From contig JBDWQP010000013.1 of NCBI GenBank assembly GCA_039986495.1, positions 88,084 through 152,083 on the forward strand: DNA of 64,000 nucleotides, given 5' to 3'. Shown piece after piece: positions 9,784-18,945 of the stretch (position 1 is its first letter; each line of letters starts with the position of its first letter). Position numbers and translations under genes: made by a program. The DNA comes from Roseibium sp. GTDB taxonomy: Bacteria; Pseudomonadota; Alphaproteobacteria; Rhizobiales; Stappiaceae. The notes under the pieces were generated by a model. That model saw nothing but the letters and a program-made list of their open reading frames with translations, was not told the DNA's origin and did not search any database.

Positions 9784-10548
9784 ATGAAACTCGAAGCACA
9801 TGACTTGAAAATTGATGGAATCCGCCATGGCTTTTTCACCCGTGAAGGCGGTGTATCGGAAGGAATTTATGGAAGCCTGAACATCGGTCTCGGCTCAGAC
9901 GATGATCGCGATAATGTTTTAGAGAACCGGCAAAGAGTGGCCGAAGCTCTTCGAACTGGTCAGAGCCCCTTGATGACACCGCATCAAATACACTCGGCGG
10001 ATGTGATTTCCGTCGATGGCTTGTGGTCTGAGGATGCAGACAGGAAAGCCGATGCACTGGTCACAAGCACCCCAGGTCTTGCAATAGGTATTGCGACAGC
10101 GGATTGTGGTCCGGTTCTTTTTGCAGATCCCGTGGCCAAGGTTATCGGTGCGGCTCACTCTGGTTGGAAAGGCGCACTTACCGGAATTCTTGAAAACACA
10201 GTCGCTGCGATGGAGGTTCTTGGTTCCAAAAGACAGAACATCACCGCTGTGTTGGGGCCTACCATTTCGCAAGACTCTTATGAAGTCGGCCCGGAATTTC
10301 ATGGACGCTTTGTGGAAGAAGACCAAAAGAACGCTCGCTATTTCATTTCGTCAGACCTTCAAAATCATTTTCTTTTCAATCTTCCGGCGTTCGTAGTCGA
10401 TCGGCTGAATCAGCTCAACCTGGCTAATGTTTCCAATTTGGAACAATGCACCTACTCAAAAGAATCACAATTCTTTTCGTACAGACGAACCACACATCGC
10501 AAGGAACCAGATTACGGACGCCAGATCAGTGCAATTGTTCTGGATTGA
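9784..10548 (+). CDS. pgeF: PgeF/YfiH laccase-domain protein (purine nucleoside phosphorylase-like)
   Basis: HGFFTREGGVS, QIHSA, TADCGPVLF, AAHSGWKG, FFSYRR. Confidence 0.92.
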   Translation: MKLEAHDLKIDGIRHGFFTREGGVSEGIYGSLNIGLGSDDDRDNVLENRQRVAEALRTGQSPLMTPHQIHSADVISVDGLWSEDADRKADALVTSTPGLAIGIATADCGPVLFADPVAKVIGAAHSGWKGALTGILENTVAAMEVLGSKRQNITAVLGPTISQDSYEVGPEFHGRFVEEDQKNARYFISSDLQNHFLFNLPAFVVDRLNQLNLANVSNLEQCTYSKESQFFSYRRTTHRKEPDYGRQISAIVLD

Positions 10549-10744
10549 AGTGCTGTCAGTAATGACTAAAACCAGTTTTATAAGCGCAACGCGCAAACGA
10601 ATGAGAATACGGAAGCTTATCCACTCCGCCTCTCGACCTGCCGGTCAAGTCAGGTTAAACCAATTCGTAACTCGGAATCTATTGTAAGCCATATCGCATG
10701 CAGAGATCTCCGCCCATTGTTTTAAGCCGGGCCTGAACGCATCT

Positions 10745-11272
10745 ATGTCCAATCTAGCAAGCAAACTTTTCGGCCGTCCCGCCTTTAGGGCAATAGCAAC
10801 TCTGCTACTGCTTGTAGGGCTTGCAGCCTGCCAATCATCACCGCAACCCTCCTCTGCGATTTCATCTTCACCGGCACAACCTGCAATCTGGAATTCAGTT
10901 GACGAGGAGCAAGGCGTTACCTTTGCCTTCGAACCGTTCACCGGAGCGCCGGGCAACATTGCCGATGATTTGTCAAATGCGATTGGATCTGAAGCAGCTA
11001 ATCAGGGCTTGGTACTGGTCAGACGCGTTGGTGCTGACGCCACCTACAGGGTCAACGGATATCTCGCCGCCACGGGGCAACCCGGAAAAGGCACCATCTT
11101 TTACGTGTTTGATATCGTCGACCGGTCAGGAAAACGCCTCAAACGAATCTCTGGCTCTGAAGAAACAGGAGGCAGCATTGGTGATCCTTGGCAGGCGGCA
11201 GGTAGCGGAACTCTCGACAGGATTGCACAGAGGTCTGTGATTGAAATAAAAGCGTGGCTAAACCGACGCTAG
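10745..11272 (+). CDS. Conserved hypothetical lipoprotein
   Basis: Signal peptide with lipobox LAAC, a Ser/Pro linker, then a globular domain. Confidence 0.75.
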   Translation: MSNLASKLFGRPAFRAIATLLLLVGLAACQSSPQPSSAISSSPAQPAIWNSVDEEQGVTFAFEPFTGAPGNIADDLSNAIGSEAANQGLVLVRRVGADATYRVNGYLAATGQPGKGTIFYVFDIVDRSGKRLKRISGSEETGGSIGDPWQAAGSGTLDRIAQRSVIEIKAWLNRR

Positions 11273-11506
11273 AGACAAATAAATCGTTTAAACATCGATT
11301 GAGTCATAAAAACGGGAAAAAAGATTAGCTTAAGACCTTCGGCCTGTTGTGGTCAGCGTAGTTGATTGTTACAACGCCGCCGCCTGCTAAGGATTTCCAT
11401 CGCAATCCTGAACATCGGGCACCACAACGACCTAGGCCCTTTACCGCTTGATTGTTTGGCAATCTGCCCTGCAATCCCGGCGTCGCACCAGAAGGACTTG
11501 CGGCTC

Positions 11507-12439
11507 ATGAAGATCGTCGCGGGCAACTCCAACAGAGCCCTGGCAGAAGAGATTTCCAAATACTTGGATGTCCCTCTTGCCAAATGCCAGGTCCGGCGCT
11601 TTGCCGACCAGGAAATCTTCGTAGAAATTCAGGAAAATGTACGGGGTGAGGACGTCTTTGTCGTCCAGCCGACCAGCTATCCTGCCAATGACCATCTCAT
11701 GGAGTTGCTCATTATCATTGATGCACTCCGCAGATCGTCCGCGCGCCGGATTACAGCTGTTATCCCGTATTTCGGCTATGCCCGACAAGATCGCCGTGCT
11801 TCCGGCAGAACACCCGTTTCAGCGAAGCTGGTGGCCAACCTCATTACGGAAGCCGGTGCAGACCGGATTTTGACCCTGGATCTCCACGCTGGACAGATTC
11901 AGGGTTTTTTCGATATCCCGACAGACAACCTGTTTGCCGCTCCTGTCATGACACGAGACATCAAGGAACGCTACGCGACAGACAATGTCATGGTGGTCTC
12001 ACCAGACGTTGGCGGCGTGGTTCGTGCCAGGGCTCTCGCCAAACGCATCGAAGCTCCGCTCTCCATCGTCGACAAACGTCGCGACAAACCTGGGGAATCG
12101 GAAGTCATGAACATCATCGGTGATGTGAACGGCTTTGATTGCATTCTCGTCGACGACATCGTCGACAGTGGCGGAACACTTTGCAACGCAGCTGATGCGC
12201 TGCTGGCAAAAGGTGCCAAATCTGTAACGGCATACATTACACACGGCGTATTGTCAGGCGGTGCAGTCGCTCGGGTAACATCATCCAAACTGAAAGAATT
12301 GGTCATTACCAATTCGATCGAACCGACAGCTGCGATCACCGCTGCGGCCAATATTCGTGCGATTTCAATCGCGCCCCTGATTGGTGAAGCGGTCAATCGG
12401 ACAGCATTGGAAAAATCGGTTTCCAGCCTGTTCAGTTAA
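11507..12439 (+). CDS. prs: Ribose-phosphate pyrophosphokinase
   Basis: [56 protein letters not shown]. Start set at 11507 (310 aa). Confidence 0.97.
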   Translation: MKIVAGNSNRALAEEISKYLDVPLAKCQVRRFADQEIFVEIQENVRGEDVFVVQPTSYPANDHLMELLIIIDALRRSSARRITAVIPYFGYARQDRRASGRTPVSAKLVANLITEAGADRILTLDLHAGQIQGFFDIPTDNLFAAPVMTRDIKERYATDNVMVVSPDVGGVVRARALAKRIEAPLSIVDKRRDKPGESEVMNIIGDVNGFDCILVDDIVDSGGTLCNAADALLAKGAKSVTAYITHGVLSGGAVARVTSSKLKELVITNSIEPTAAITAAANIRAISIAPLIGEAVNRTALEKSVSSLFS

Positions 12440-12442
12440 TAC

Positions 12443-12471
12443 AAAGGTCGGCCACTGGGCCGACCTTTTTT
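12443..12471. terminator. Bidirectional terminator between prs and the MCP gene
   Basis: AAAGGTCGGCC-actg-GGCCGACCTTT followed by Ts. Confidence 0.85.
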
Positions 12472-12489
12472 CCGAACTTTTTGTTAAAA

Positions 12490-15066
12490 TCAGGCCGCAG
12501 CAACTTTATCCAGGAACCCGTCAACGACGGATTTAAGGTGCAGTGTCTGCTCGGCAACTTCATCGGAAGCAGATTTAACCTGGCTTGCCGATTGAACGGC
12601 TTCCGATACAGCATTTTGCACACCCGATATGTTCTGCGTAACACCTTTGGTGCCGACAGCGGCTGCCCGGACGTTTTCAGAAATCATGGATGTTGATGCA
12701 TCTTGCTCTTCAACCGCGGCAGCTATGGCTGCTGTTGTTGCATCTGCTTCTTCCATCGTGTCCCGGATTTCCTGGATCGCTTGAACGGACTCGTTCGTTG
12801 CTTCCTGAATGGCCTCAATCTGGGCACCGATTTCTTCAGTCGCCTTGGACGTCTGCGTCGCCAATTCTTTCACTTCTGATGCGACCACAGCGAACCCACG
12901 ACCGGCATCACCGGCACGCGCAGCTTCAATTGTGGCATTCAGGGCCAGTAAATTGGTCTGTTCGGCAATAGCCTGAATCAAGGTAACCACTTCACCGATC
13001 TTGGTTGCACCTTCAGCAAGCCCCTGAACCTTCTCGGTCGTGGTTCTTGCTTTGCCAGTTGCATCGGTCACGATTTGCGTTGCTCGTGTTACCTGCTCAC
13101 CAATTTCAGTGATGGACGATGCCAGCTCTTCCGCTGCGGTGGCAACGGAATCAACATTGTCGGACGCAGTGGTTGAATTCTCGGATGCATCCGAAGCCAG
13201 TCCGGCAGATTCATTCGACACCTGGTTCAAGGCATCTGCTGTCGTCTGCATCTGATCCATATTTGCACTGACATTGCCAAGAACAGCTTCTATTTCACCT
13301 CTGAAATCGACAATCAGCTGCTCGACTTCCTTCTGGCGGACGGCTTGAGCTTCCTGCTCTTCCTGGGATCTTTCCTGCAGGTCATGGCGTTCAATGGCAT
13401 TTTCCTTGAATACCATCAGAGCCGATGACAACTCGCCGATTTCATCTTGTCGCTTCAGGACTTTGATATCGACGTTCAAGTCTCCATCAGCAAGCTGGCG
13501 GGTCGCATTTACAAGATTTGCCAATGGGCTGGCGAGACCGCGATCAACCACAAGAACGCTTATGAGGCCGGTGATCAACAGACTCGCGACACCAACGATG
13601 ATCAGAGCCGTTGCACCTCTTGAGAACAACTCCTTTACAGCAACTGAATCTGTTCTGACTGTCTGTAACTCCAGTTCAATAAGTTCAGTTACAGCACCGC
13701 CAATACGTTCAACGGCTTGCGACATTTCCTGCACCTGGGCTTCGGCAGCTGCAGCCCGCTTCAGCTGATGAACATGATCAACAAGGAGACCGGTTTCCGG
13801 ATCGCCAAAACTGAGAAGTTTGGCGAGTTTCTCTTTCACCTCAGTCAATTCAAGACTACCCAAACCGTCAGCCATATGTTTGGCATCTGCGGTAATCTTT
13901 TCCTGAATTGGGATAATCAATTCCGGATTGGTTGTCAGGCCACCTTGAACGAGGGTCGCCACAAATTTGTTGGCAAATGCCTGGGCTTCGATTGTCTTTT
14001 TCAACTCACCAACCTGATTGTTTAACAGGTCGGAAATCAGCGCTGAATTCTCATCGACGGCAGTTTCGGTGTCGATGGTCAGGGTAAAGAGGCGGTCATC
14101 AATCTGAGTTATGAGAGCATCATCTATTGCTTTTTGCAATTTGATTGCTGTGTCAAGCACTTGGCGTTGACGACTGGCAGATATGAAGCTCTCCGAAGTA
14201 CGAGCACTTGAGATTTTGACAGACAGGTCAACCAGACTATCGAATGCTTCGTTAGTCCCGATCTCAAGACCCTCTTCACTCATTAATGAACGCAATTCGG
14301 CTATCTTGGCATTGGTCGCAGTCACTTTATCCTCAAACAGGGTCGCAAGTGCTGCATCGTCGACATAAGCCACCGTTTCGGTGAGCCCGGCAAGAAGATT
14401 TGTTTCTGCACGCAACTCAAGGAACATCCTGAGTTTACCCATTTCCTTGTCAGCGAGATTGCTGACGAGGGCTCTGCCTTGTTCCATCGCATCTTCACCG
14501 CCAAGAACGACGGTGAAGTAGGCGTCATCGACAACCGGCGTTATGATCTTGTTGATGCCGTCAAATGTCGTGAAAAGATCCTGTAGACGAAGATTTTTCG
14601 CGTCTCGGGCAGAGATCAACGTCCGTGTTGTTTCGTCCAGTGCGCCGAGGCTCTCACCAAACGACCCACTTTCATTCTCCAGAACATGAACGATATCTGC
14701 GTTCGTTTCAGTCCGGACAATATTCGTTTCGCTATCGAGCAGAGATTGTACCGAATTCTGAAGAGCTGCGAACGCTGCTGCTTGCTGTTCGCCAGTGATG
14801 CTATTTGCAACTGCACCAGCAGCGGCCGCGATATCAGCGCTGGTCACAGCCAGTCTTGCTGCGCTTCCGATGGAAGGCAGGCTGTATTGCGCAAGTTGGT
14901 CAAATCCCTGTTCAACTGATCGGAAAGAGTACAATCCAATTCCGACTGCGACTGCGGTGAGGGCAACGATCGATCCAACTGCGGCAAACAATTTTCCGCG
15001 AATTCTCAGCTTCACCAATGGCTTGCCTGAACCTATCGACATGGCTTTTTTGATATTTAGCTTCAC
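12490..15066 (-). CDS. Methyl-accepting chemotaxis protein with a very large all-helical periplasmic domain
   Basis: TM1 about aa 26-47, about 435 aa periplasmic region, TM2 about aa 485-507, HAMP, and the signalling tip [34 protein letters not shown]. Confidence 0.95.
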   Translation of the reverse strand: MKLNIKKAMSIGSGKPLVKLRIRGKLFAAVGSIVALTAVAVGIGLYSFRSVEQGFDQLAQYSLPSIGSAARLAVTSADIAAAAGAVANSITGEQQAAAFAALQNSVQSLLDSETNIVRTETNADIVHVLENESGSFGESLGALDETTRTLISARDAKNLRLQDLFTTFDGINKIITPVVDDAYFTVVLGGEDAMEQGRALVSNLADKEMGKLRMFLELRAETNLLAGLTETVAYVDDAALATLFEDKVTATNAKIAELRSLMSEEGLEIGTNEAFDSLVDLSVKISSARTSESFISASRQRQVLDTAIKLQKAIDDALITQIDDRLFTLTIDTETAVDENSALISDLLNNQVGELKKTIEAQAFANKFVATLVQGGLTTNPELIIPIQEKITADAKHMADGLGSLELTEVKEKLAKLLSFGDPETGLLVDHVHQLKRAAAAEAQVQEMSQAVERIGGAVTELIELELQTVRTDSVAVKELFSRGATALIIVGVASLLITGLISVLVVDRGLASPLANLVNATRQLADGDLNVDIKVLKRQDEIGELSSALMVFKENAIERHDLQERSQEEQEAQAVRQKEVEQLIVDFRGEIEAVLGNVSANMDQMQTTADALNQVSNESAGLASDASENSTTASDNVDSVATAAEELASSITEIGEQVTRATQIVTDATGKARTTTEKVQGLAEGATKIGEVVTLIQAIAEQTNLLALNATIEAARAGDAGRGFAVVASEVKELATQTSKATEEIGAQIEAIQEATNESVQAIQEIRDTMEEADATTAAIAAAVEEQDASTSMISENVRAAAVGTKGVTQNISGVQNAVSEAVQSASQVKSASDEVAEQTLHLKSVVDGFLDKVAAA

Positions 15067-15111
15067 AATACCCTACCCAATTCTGCGATTGCCCAGACTT
15101 TGGAAAAATTC

Positions 15112-15149
15112 TTGCGCGCCGGTACTTTCCACCCGGAACCGGCGCGCAA
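15112..15149 (-). other. 12-bp stem-loop between the binding-protein gene and the MCP gene (mRNA stabiliser or partial terminator)
   Basis: TTGCGCGCCGGT-N14-ACCGGCGCGCAA. Confidence 0.6.
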
Positions 15150-15157
15150 ATCAGCAA

Positions 15158-16327
15158 TTAGCTGCCGGTCTTGTTGATCGGAGCAAAGCTTCCGTCTTTT
15201 TGAATGGCTGTCATGAAGACGTCATCCATCCCCTGGCTATCGCCAGGACCAAATGTCAAAGTGACACCGCCAAGATCAAAGGCGCCTGTTGACCAGAATG
15301 CATTCAGGAAGTTTTCACGTGTCACATCCTTGCCGGCGTTTTCAAGACCCATGACGGCAAGCTTGCCAACAACATAACCTTCAAGTGTCACAAATCCTGG
15401 CTCTGCAGCCGGATCAATTGCCTTGAGAGCCGCCTGATAAGCCTTCACCATCGGAATGCTGTCATCCCACGGGAATGGCACAACCTGAGAAACAATAACA
15501 CCTTCACCGGCATCACCAAGCTCTGCAGACAGCGCCTTGGAACCGACAAAGGAAATATTGACGAACTTGGCATCCATTTTGACTTTACGCGCGAGTTTGA
15601 TGAATTCGGCAATCGGTTTGTAGGCGCCAACCATCACGACTGCTTGCGGTTTTGCCTTACGGATCTCAAGCAGAGCTGATTTCACCGCTGTTGTATTTCG
15701 CTGATAGGTGCCTTCAGCAACCAGGCTCATGCCACGCTTTTCAAGAGCTGCATTTACACCGGCCAGACCGACACGGCCAAAACCGTCATCCTGGTAAAGG
15801 ATCGCAATTTTATCTAGCTTCAGATCGTCATGAAGGTGCTGGATCCAGGCTTCTGTTTCCGCACCATAGGTGGCTCGAACATTCACAATGTTGCCATGCG
15901 CAGGGTCACGCAGGAAACCGGCCCCAGTGAACGGCCCGACAAAAGGAACTTTTGCGGCAGTTGCGATCGGCTGGGTTGCCTTGGAAGTTGGCGTGCCAAC
16001 GGGACCAATAAGGCTGAATACCTTGTCTTCCTTGATCAGCTTGTTTACCTGCGCAATAGAGCGGTCAGGCTCATAACCATCGTCGTAACTGATGAGTTCG
16101 ATTTGACGGCCATGAACACCACCATTGCTGTTGGCTTCCGCAAAAGCAGCTTCCAGGCCGAGTTTCATACCCGTGCCAAGGGCAGCAGCAGGACCTTCTA
16201 GCGCAGCAGCTTGCCCAAACAGGATCTTGTCGTCAGAAACACCGTCTTCGGCCATTGCAGGCCCAACCAATACCATCGCAGTTGCAGCCATGGCTGCTGC
16301 TACGGACTTCCGGTCAAACAATTTCAT
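15158..16327 (-). CDS. Orphan periplasmic binding protein (LivK/type I fold)
   Basis: Signal peptide, ILFGQAAALEGPAA, GGVHGRQIELISYDDGYEP, GPVGTPT. No permease or ATPase gene is adjacent. Start set at MKLF (16327). Confidence 0.9.
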   Translation of the reverse strand: MKLFDRKSVAAAMAATAMVLVGPAMAEDGVSDDKILFGQAAALEGPAAALGTGMKLGLEAAFAEANSNGGVHGRQIELISYDDGYEPDRSIAQVNKLIKEDKVFSLIGPVGTPTSKATQPIATAAKVPFVGPFTGAGFLRDPAHGNIVNVRATYGAETEAWIQHLHDDLKLDKIAILYQDDGFGRVGLAGVNAALEKRGMSLVAEGTYQRNTTAVKSALLEIRKAKPQAVVMVGAYKPIAEFIKLARKVKMDAKFVNISFVGSKALSAELGDAGEGVIVSQVVPFPWDDSIPMVKAYQAALKAIDPAAEPGFVTLEGYVVGKLAVMGLENAGKDVTRENFLNAFWSTGAFDLGGVTLTFGPGDSQGMDDVFMTAIQKDGSFAPINKTGS

Positions 16328-16819
16328 TCTAATTCCCCCTAGGAATGGAAGTGTCAGCGACACAACTACCTCCTACGGTTTCACGAACCTCTTAATAAGA
16401 TCTTTTGAAAAACAAAGTAAAAAGCAAAAAACAGAAACTATTCATACACAAATGAAAATATTACTGATCGCTTCATAGTTACTATCACCAATGAACCTAT
16501 TTTTATTCGGTAAATGAATTAATTACCCATACGTAATCAAACTACTGATTTATTGTCGATTTTGACGAAACAGAATTGCGAACTCAGATTAGATGCAAAG
16601 AAAACGTAGTATTCCAGCTATATTTCATCAGTTCAATTCTGTTGGTTCAAACTAGCTAACAAACTAAAACTGGAAGATAATTTTCGGTTGACCCGTTGTT
16701 CAAGACCAACTGATCCCGACTAAGCATTGTTTTTGCTTTCAAAATTTGCTTTCGAGGTATTCAAAATACCAGAGAAGTGCGCGGGTCCGGGTGAACGGGA
16801 TATCAATTCACAAAATGCA

Positions 16820-16842
16820 AGGCGCCGGGATCACCGGCGCCT
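16820..16842 (-). terminator. Probable terminator after the secreted-protein gene
   Basis: AGGCGCCGG-gatca-CCGGCGCCT, 4 nt past the stop codon. Confidence 0.65.
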
Positions 16843-16846
16843 ACTT

Positions 16847-17599
16847 TCAGTCTGCGGCAACAACACCCGGCAGACTCAAATCACCAGATGCAACATCAAA
16901 AACATCCACGACGCAAAGAAGTGGCGCATGGACATTCTGGTTGACGCGCAGAGCGGATGTCACCCCATCATACTTCATGCCAGCCACGATGGACGGGTCA
17001 TTAAATGGAACGTTGATTGTGATTTCTTCACCGTTCAGGATCGGTGAAAACCCGGGGCTGTCGATATAAATCGGTAACCCAGGCCAGGTTGCCGGCATTT
17101 GTGGCGTAGCGCCGTCAGGTATGTCCTGGACGGAAAGCGCACCACTCCCGCAAATTTCGTTGGGCGTCAAAACAACCCAATGTGAGTGCCACTTGGCACC
17201 GTCATTGGCAAGGTCTCCGTCACCATTCTCGTCGAAGAGAGGTGTGTCATCGAAATCCGGATGGCTCGTGGCTACAAGCGCAAGTATTCCCTTTCCGTCT
17301 TCGAAACCAACGGATTTCGGTTCCAGTGTTGTCGGCCAGACGTAAGCTTCTACCGGGGCGCCGCCAAGTTGACCGGCAGGTTCCGGAACTGTCGCACCTG
17401 CGGTCCCTTGTAAAGTCATGTGAAACGTCACCACCCGCCCTTTTCGATGAACGTGTGCGGCGAGAATATCGTAATTCGGATCAATCTGAGTGTTCAGTGG
17501 CGAGACGATTGCGCCTTCCTGGTGGATCGCATGCGACCCATCAGCGAGTGCTGCAAAGGGGATCGCTGCGGCGACAAGGCTTCCAAGGATGTTTTTCAT
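16847..17599 (-). CDS. Uncharacterised secreted His/Asp-rich protein
   Basis: Sec signal (MKNILGSLVAAAIPFAALA/DG), AGGAG RBS 9 nt before ATG 17599, motifs SHPDFDDTPLFDENGDGD and WHSHWVVL. Confidence 0.8.
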   Translation of the reverse strand: MKNILGSLVAAAIPFAALADGSHAIHQEGAIVSPLNTQIDPNYDILAAHVHRKGRVVTFHMTLQGTAGATVPEPAGQLGGAPVEAYVWPTTLEPKSVGFEDGKGILALVATSHPDFDDTPLFDENGDGDLANDGAKWHSHWVVLTPNEICGSGALSVQDIPDGATPQMPATWPGLPIYIDSPGFSPILNGEEITINVPFNDPSIVAGMKYDGVTSALRVNQNVHAPLLCVVDVFDVASGDLSLPGVVAAD

Positions 17600-17634
17600 A
17601 GTCGGCAACTCCTGTTTTCTATACGTCGATCTTT

Positions 17635-17682
17635 TAATAGCGACTCGCTATTATTGCAAGTTTAATTTCGAGTCGCTACATT
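17635..17682. promoter_or_regulatory. Divergent promoter with two operator copies and a shared TTGCAA -35
   Basis: Perfect 19-bp IR TAATAGCGA-C-TCGCTATTA (17635-17653); second copy at 17663-17681 (14/19 identical); TTGCAA at 17654-17659, then N17, then TACATT at 17677-17682. Confidence 0.8.
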
Positions 17683-17688
17683 ACTGCC

Positions 17689-18240
17689 ATGAAGACTCGC
17701 TCACAAAAGCAAACCATCCAGGATTTGATCGACCGATTGTCGCGGCTGAATGCCGCTGAAGAATGGAACGGACCGCTGAACCCGTCCCAGTTCGCGGCCT
17801 TGTCCTATCTTGGCCGTGCCAATCAGATGTCCCGTGCACCGTCCCATGTTGCAGACTACCTGGCGACAACACGCGGCACCGCATCGCAGACGCTCAAGGC
17901 CCTGGCACGCAAAGACCTTATTGAGGAGACACGGTCCGAAACCGACAAGCGCAGCATCCGCTATGATGTAACCGCGGCAGGATTGGATATTCTGGAGCAC
18001 CCGTCAGCGCTTAACGGTGCTATTGGCGCGCTGGAGTCCGAAACCTCGGAAGCCTTGGCTACAGGGCTTGAAACGCTGGTAAACACTGCACTTAAACGCC
18101 AAGGCGGCAGATCATTTGGCATCTGCATCACATGTCGTCACCACGAAGAGCAAAGAGATGGTGGATATTGCCGCCTCCTCAATATTACGCTTTCTCCCAG
18201 GCAAACCACCCAAATCTGTAACGAACACTCACCATCTTAG
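17689..18240 (+). CDS. MarR family regulator with C-terminal Cys4 motif
   Basis: LNPSQFAALSYL, TRGTASQTLKALARKDLI, DKRSIRY winged helix; C-terminal C-x2-C-x11-C-x15-C. Confidence 0.9.
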   Translation: MKTRSQKQTIQDLIDRLSRLNAAEEWNGPLNPSQFAALSYLGRANQMSRAPSHVADYLATTRGTASQTLKALARKDLIEETRSETDKRSIRYDVTAAGLDILEHPSALNGAIGALESETSEALATGLETLVNTALKRQGGRSFGICITCRHHEEQRDGGYCRLLNITLSPRQTTQICNEHSPS

Positions 18241-18249
18241 GAACTTTAC

Positions 18250-18939
18250 ATGGACAAGAATGCTTCCATTCTGGGTCTTTACATCGGCCAACCGGAACAT
18301 CGCTGGGAAGGCAAAGAGCCGTCTGCCATCCGTAAGACACGCGCGGAAGGCACACAGGACGTGAATCAGACGGGATTCGTTCTCGATCAACAAGCTGACT
18401 TGACCGTGCATGGTGGTTTGGAAAAGGCAATTCACCACTACCCGTCTGAGCATTACAGCCAATGGCAGGAACAGTTTCCGGAAACCAGTGCAGCCTATCA
18501 AATTGGAGGTTTTGGTGAAAACCTATCGACAGCAGGCTTTACGGAAGAAGATCTGTGCATTGGGGACATAATCGCGGTTGGATCGACGCGCCTGCAAATT
18601 TCACAAGGTCGCCAGCCTTGCTGGAAACTCAACCTGCACACCGGAAATTCCAAAATGGCTGCAGCATTTCAAAAAGCAGGCAAAACCGGCTGGTACTATC
18701 GGGTTCTGGAAACAGGACATATAACGGTCGGTGACGACATGAAAATAGTCGAACGCCTCTGCCCTGACTGGATATTGCGCGATGTAATTCTGGCACGGTT
18801 CAATCCGCGCCTTGATCAGGAAACCGCGGCAAGGCTCGCCGAGCTTCGGGAGCTCGCCGAACCTTGGCGGATATCATTCGCAAAGAAAGCACATCCTGCG
18901 TTTCACGAAGTTACGTCCAGGCGCCTAAAAGGCGTCTGA
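18250..18939 (+). CDS. MOSC domain protein, YiiM type with 3-alpha domain
   Basis: SAIRK, DQQADLTVHGGLEKAIHHY, FGENLST, SQGRQPCWKL, GWYYRVLETG. Confidence 0.92.
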   Translation: MDKNASILGLYIGQPEHRWEGKEPSAIRKTRAEGTQDVNQTGFVLDQQADLTVHGGLEKAIHHYPSEHYSQWQEQFPETSAAYQIGGFGENLSTAGFTEEDLCIGDIIAVGSTRLQISQGRQPCWKLNLHTGNSKMAAAFQKAGKTGWYYRVLETGHITVGDDMKIVERLCPDWILRDVILARFNPRLDQETAARLAELRELAEPWRISFAKKAHPAFHEVTSRRLKGV

Positions 18940-18945
18940 GACCAA

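Noticed and set aside
11288-11302. TTAA-N7-TTGA near-CtrA box upstream of prs
   Set aside because: It is a single 7/8 match in AT-rich DNA, expected by chance.
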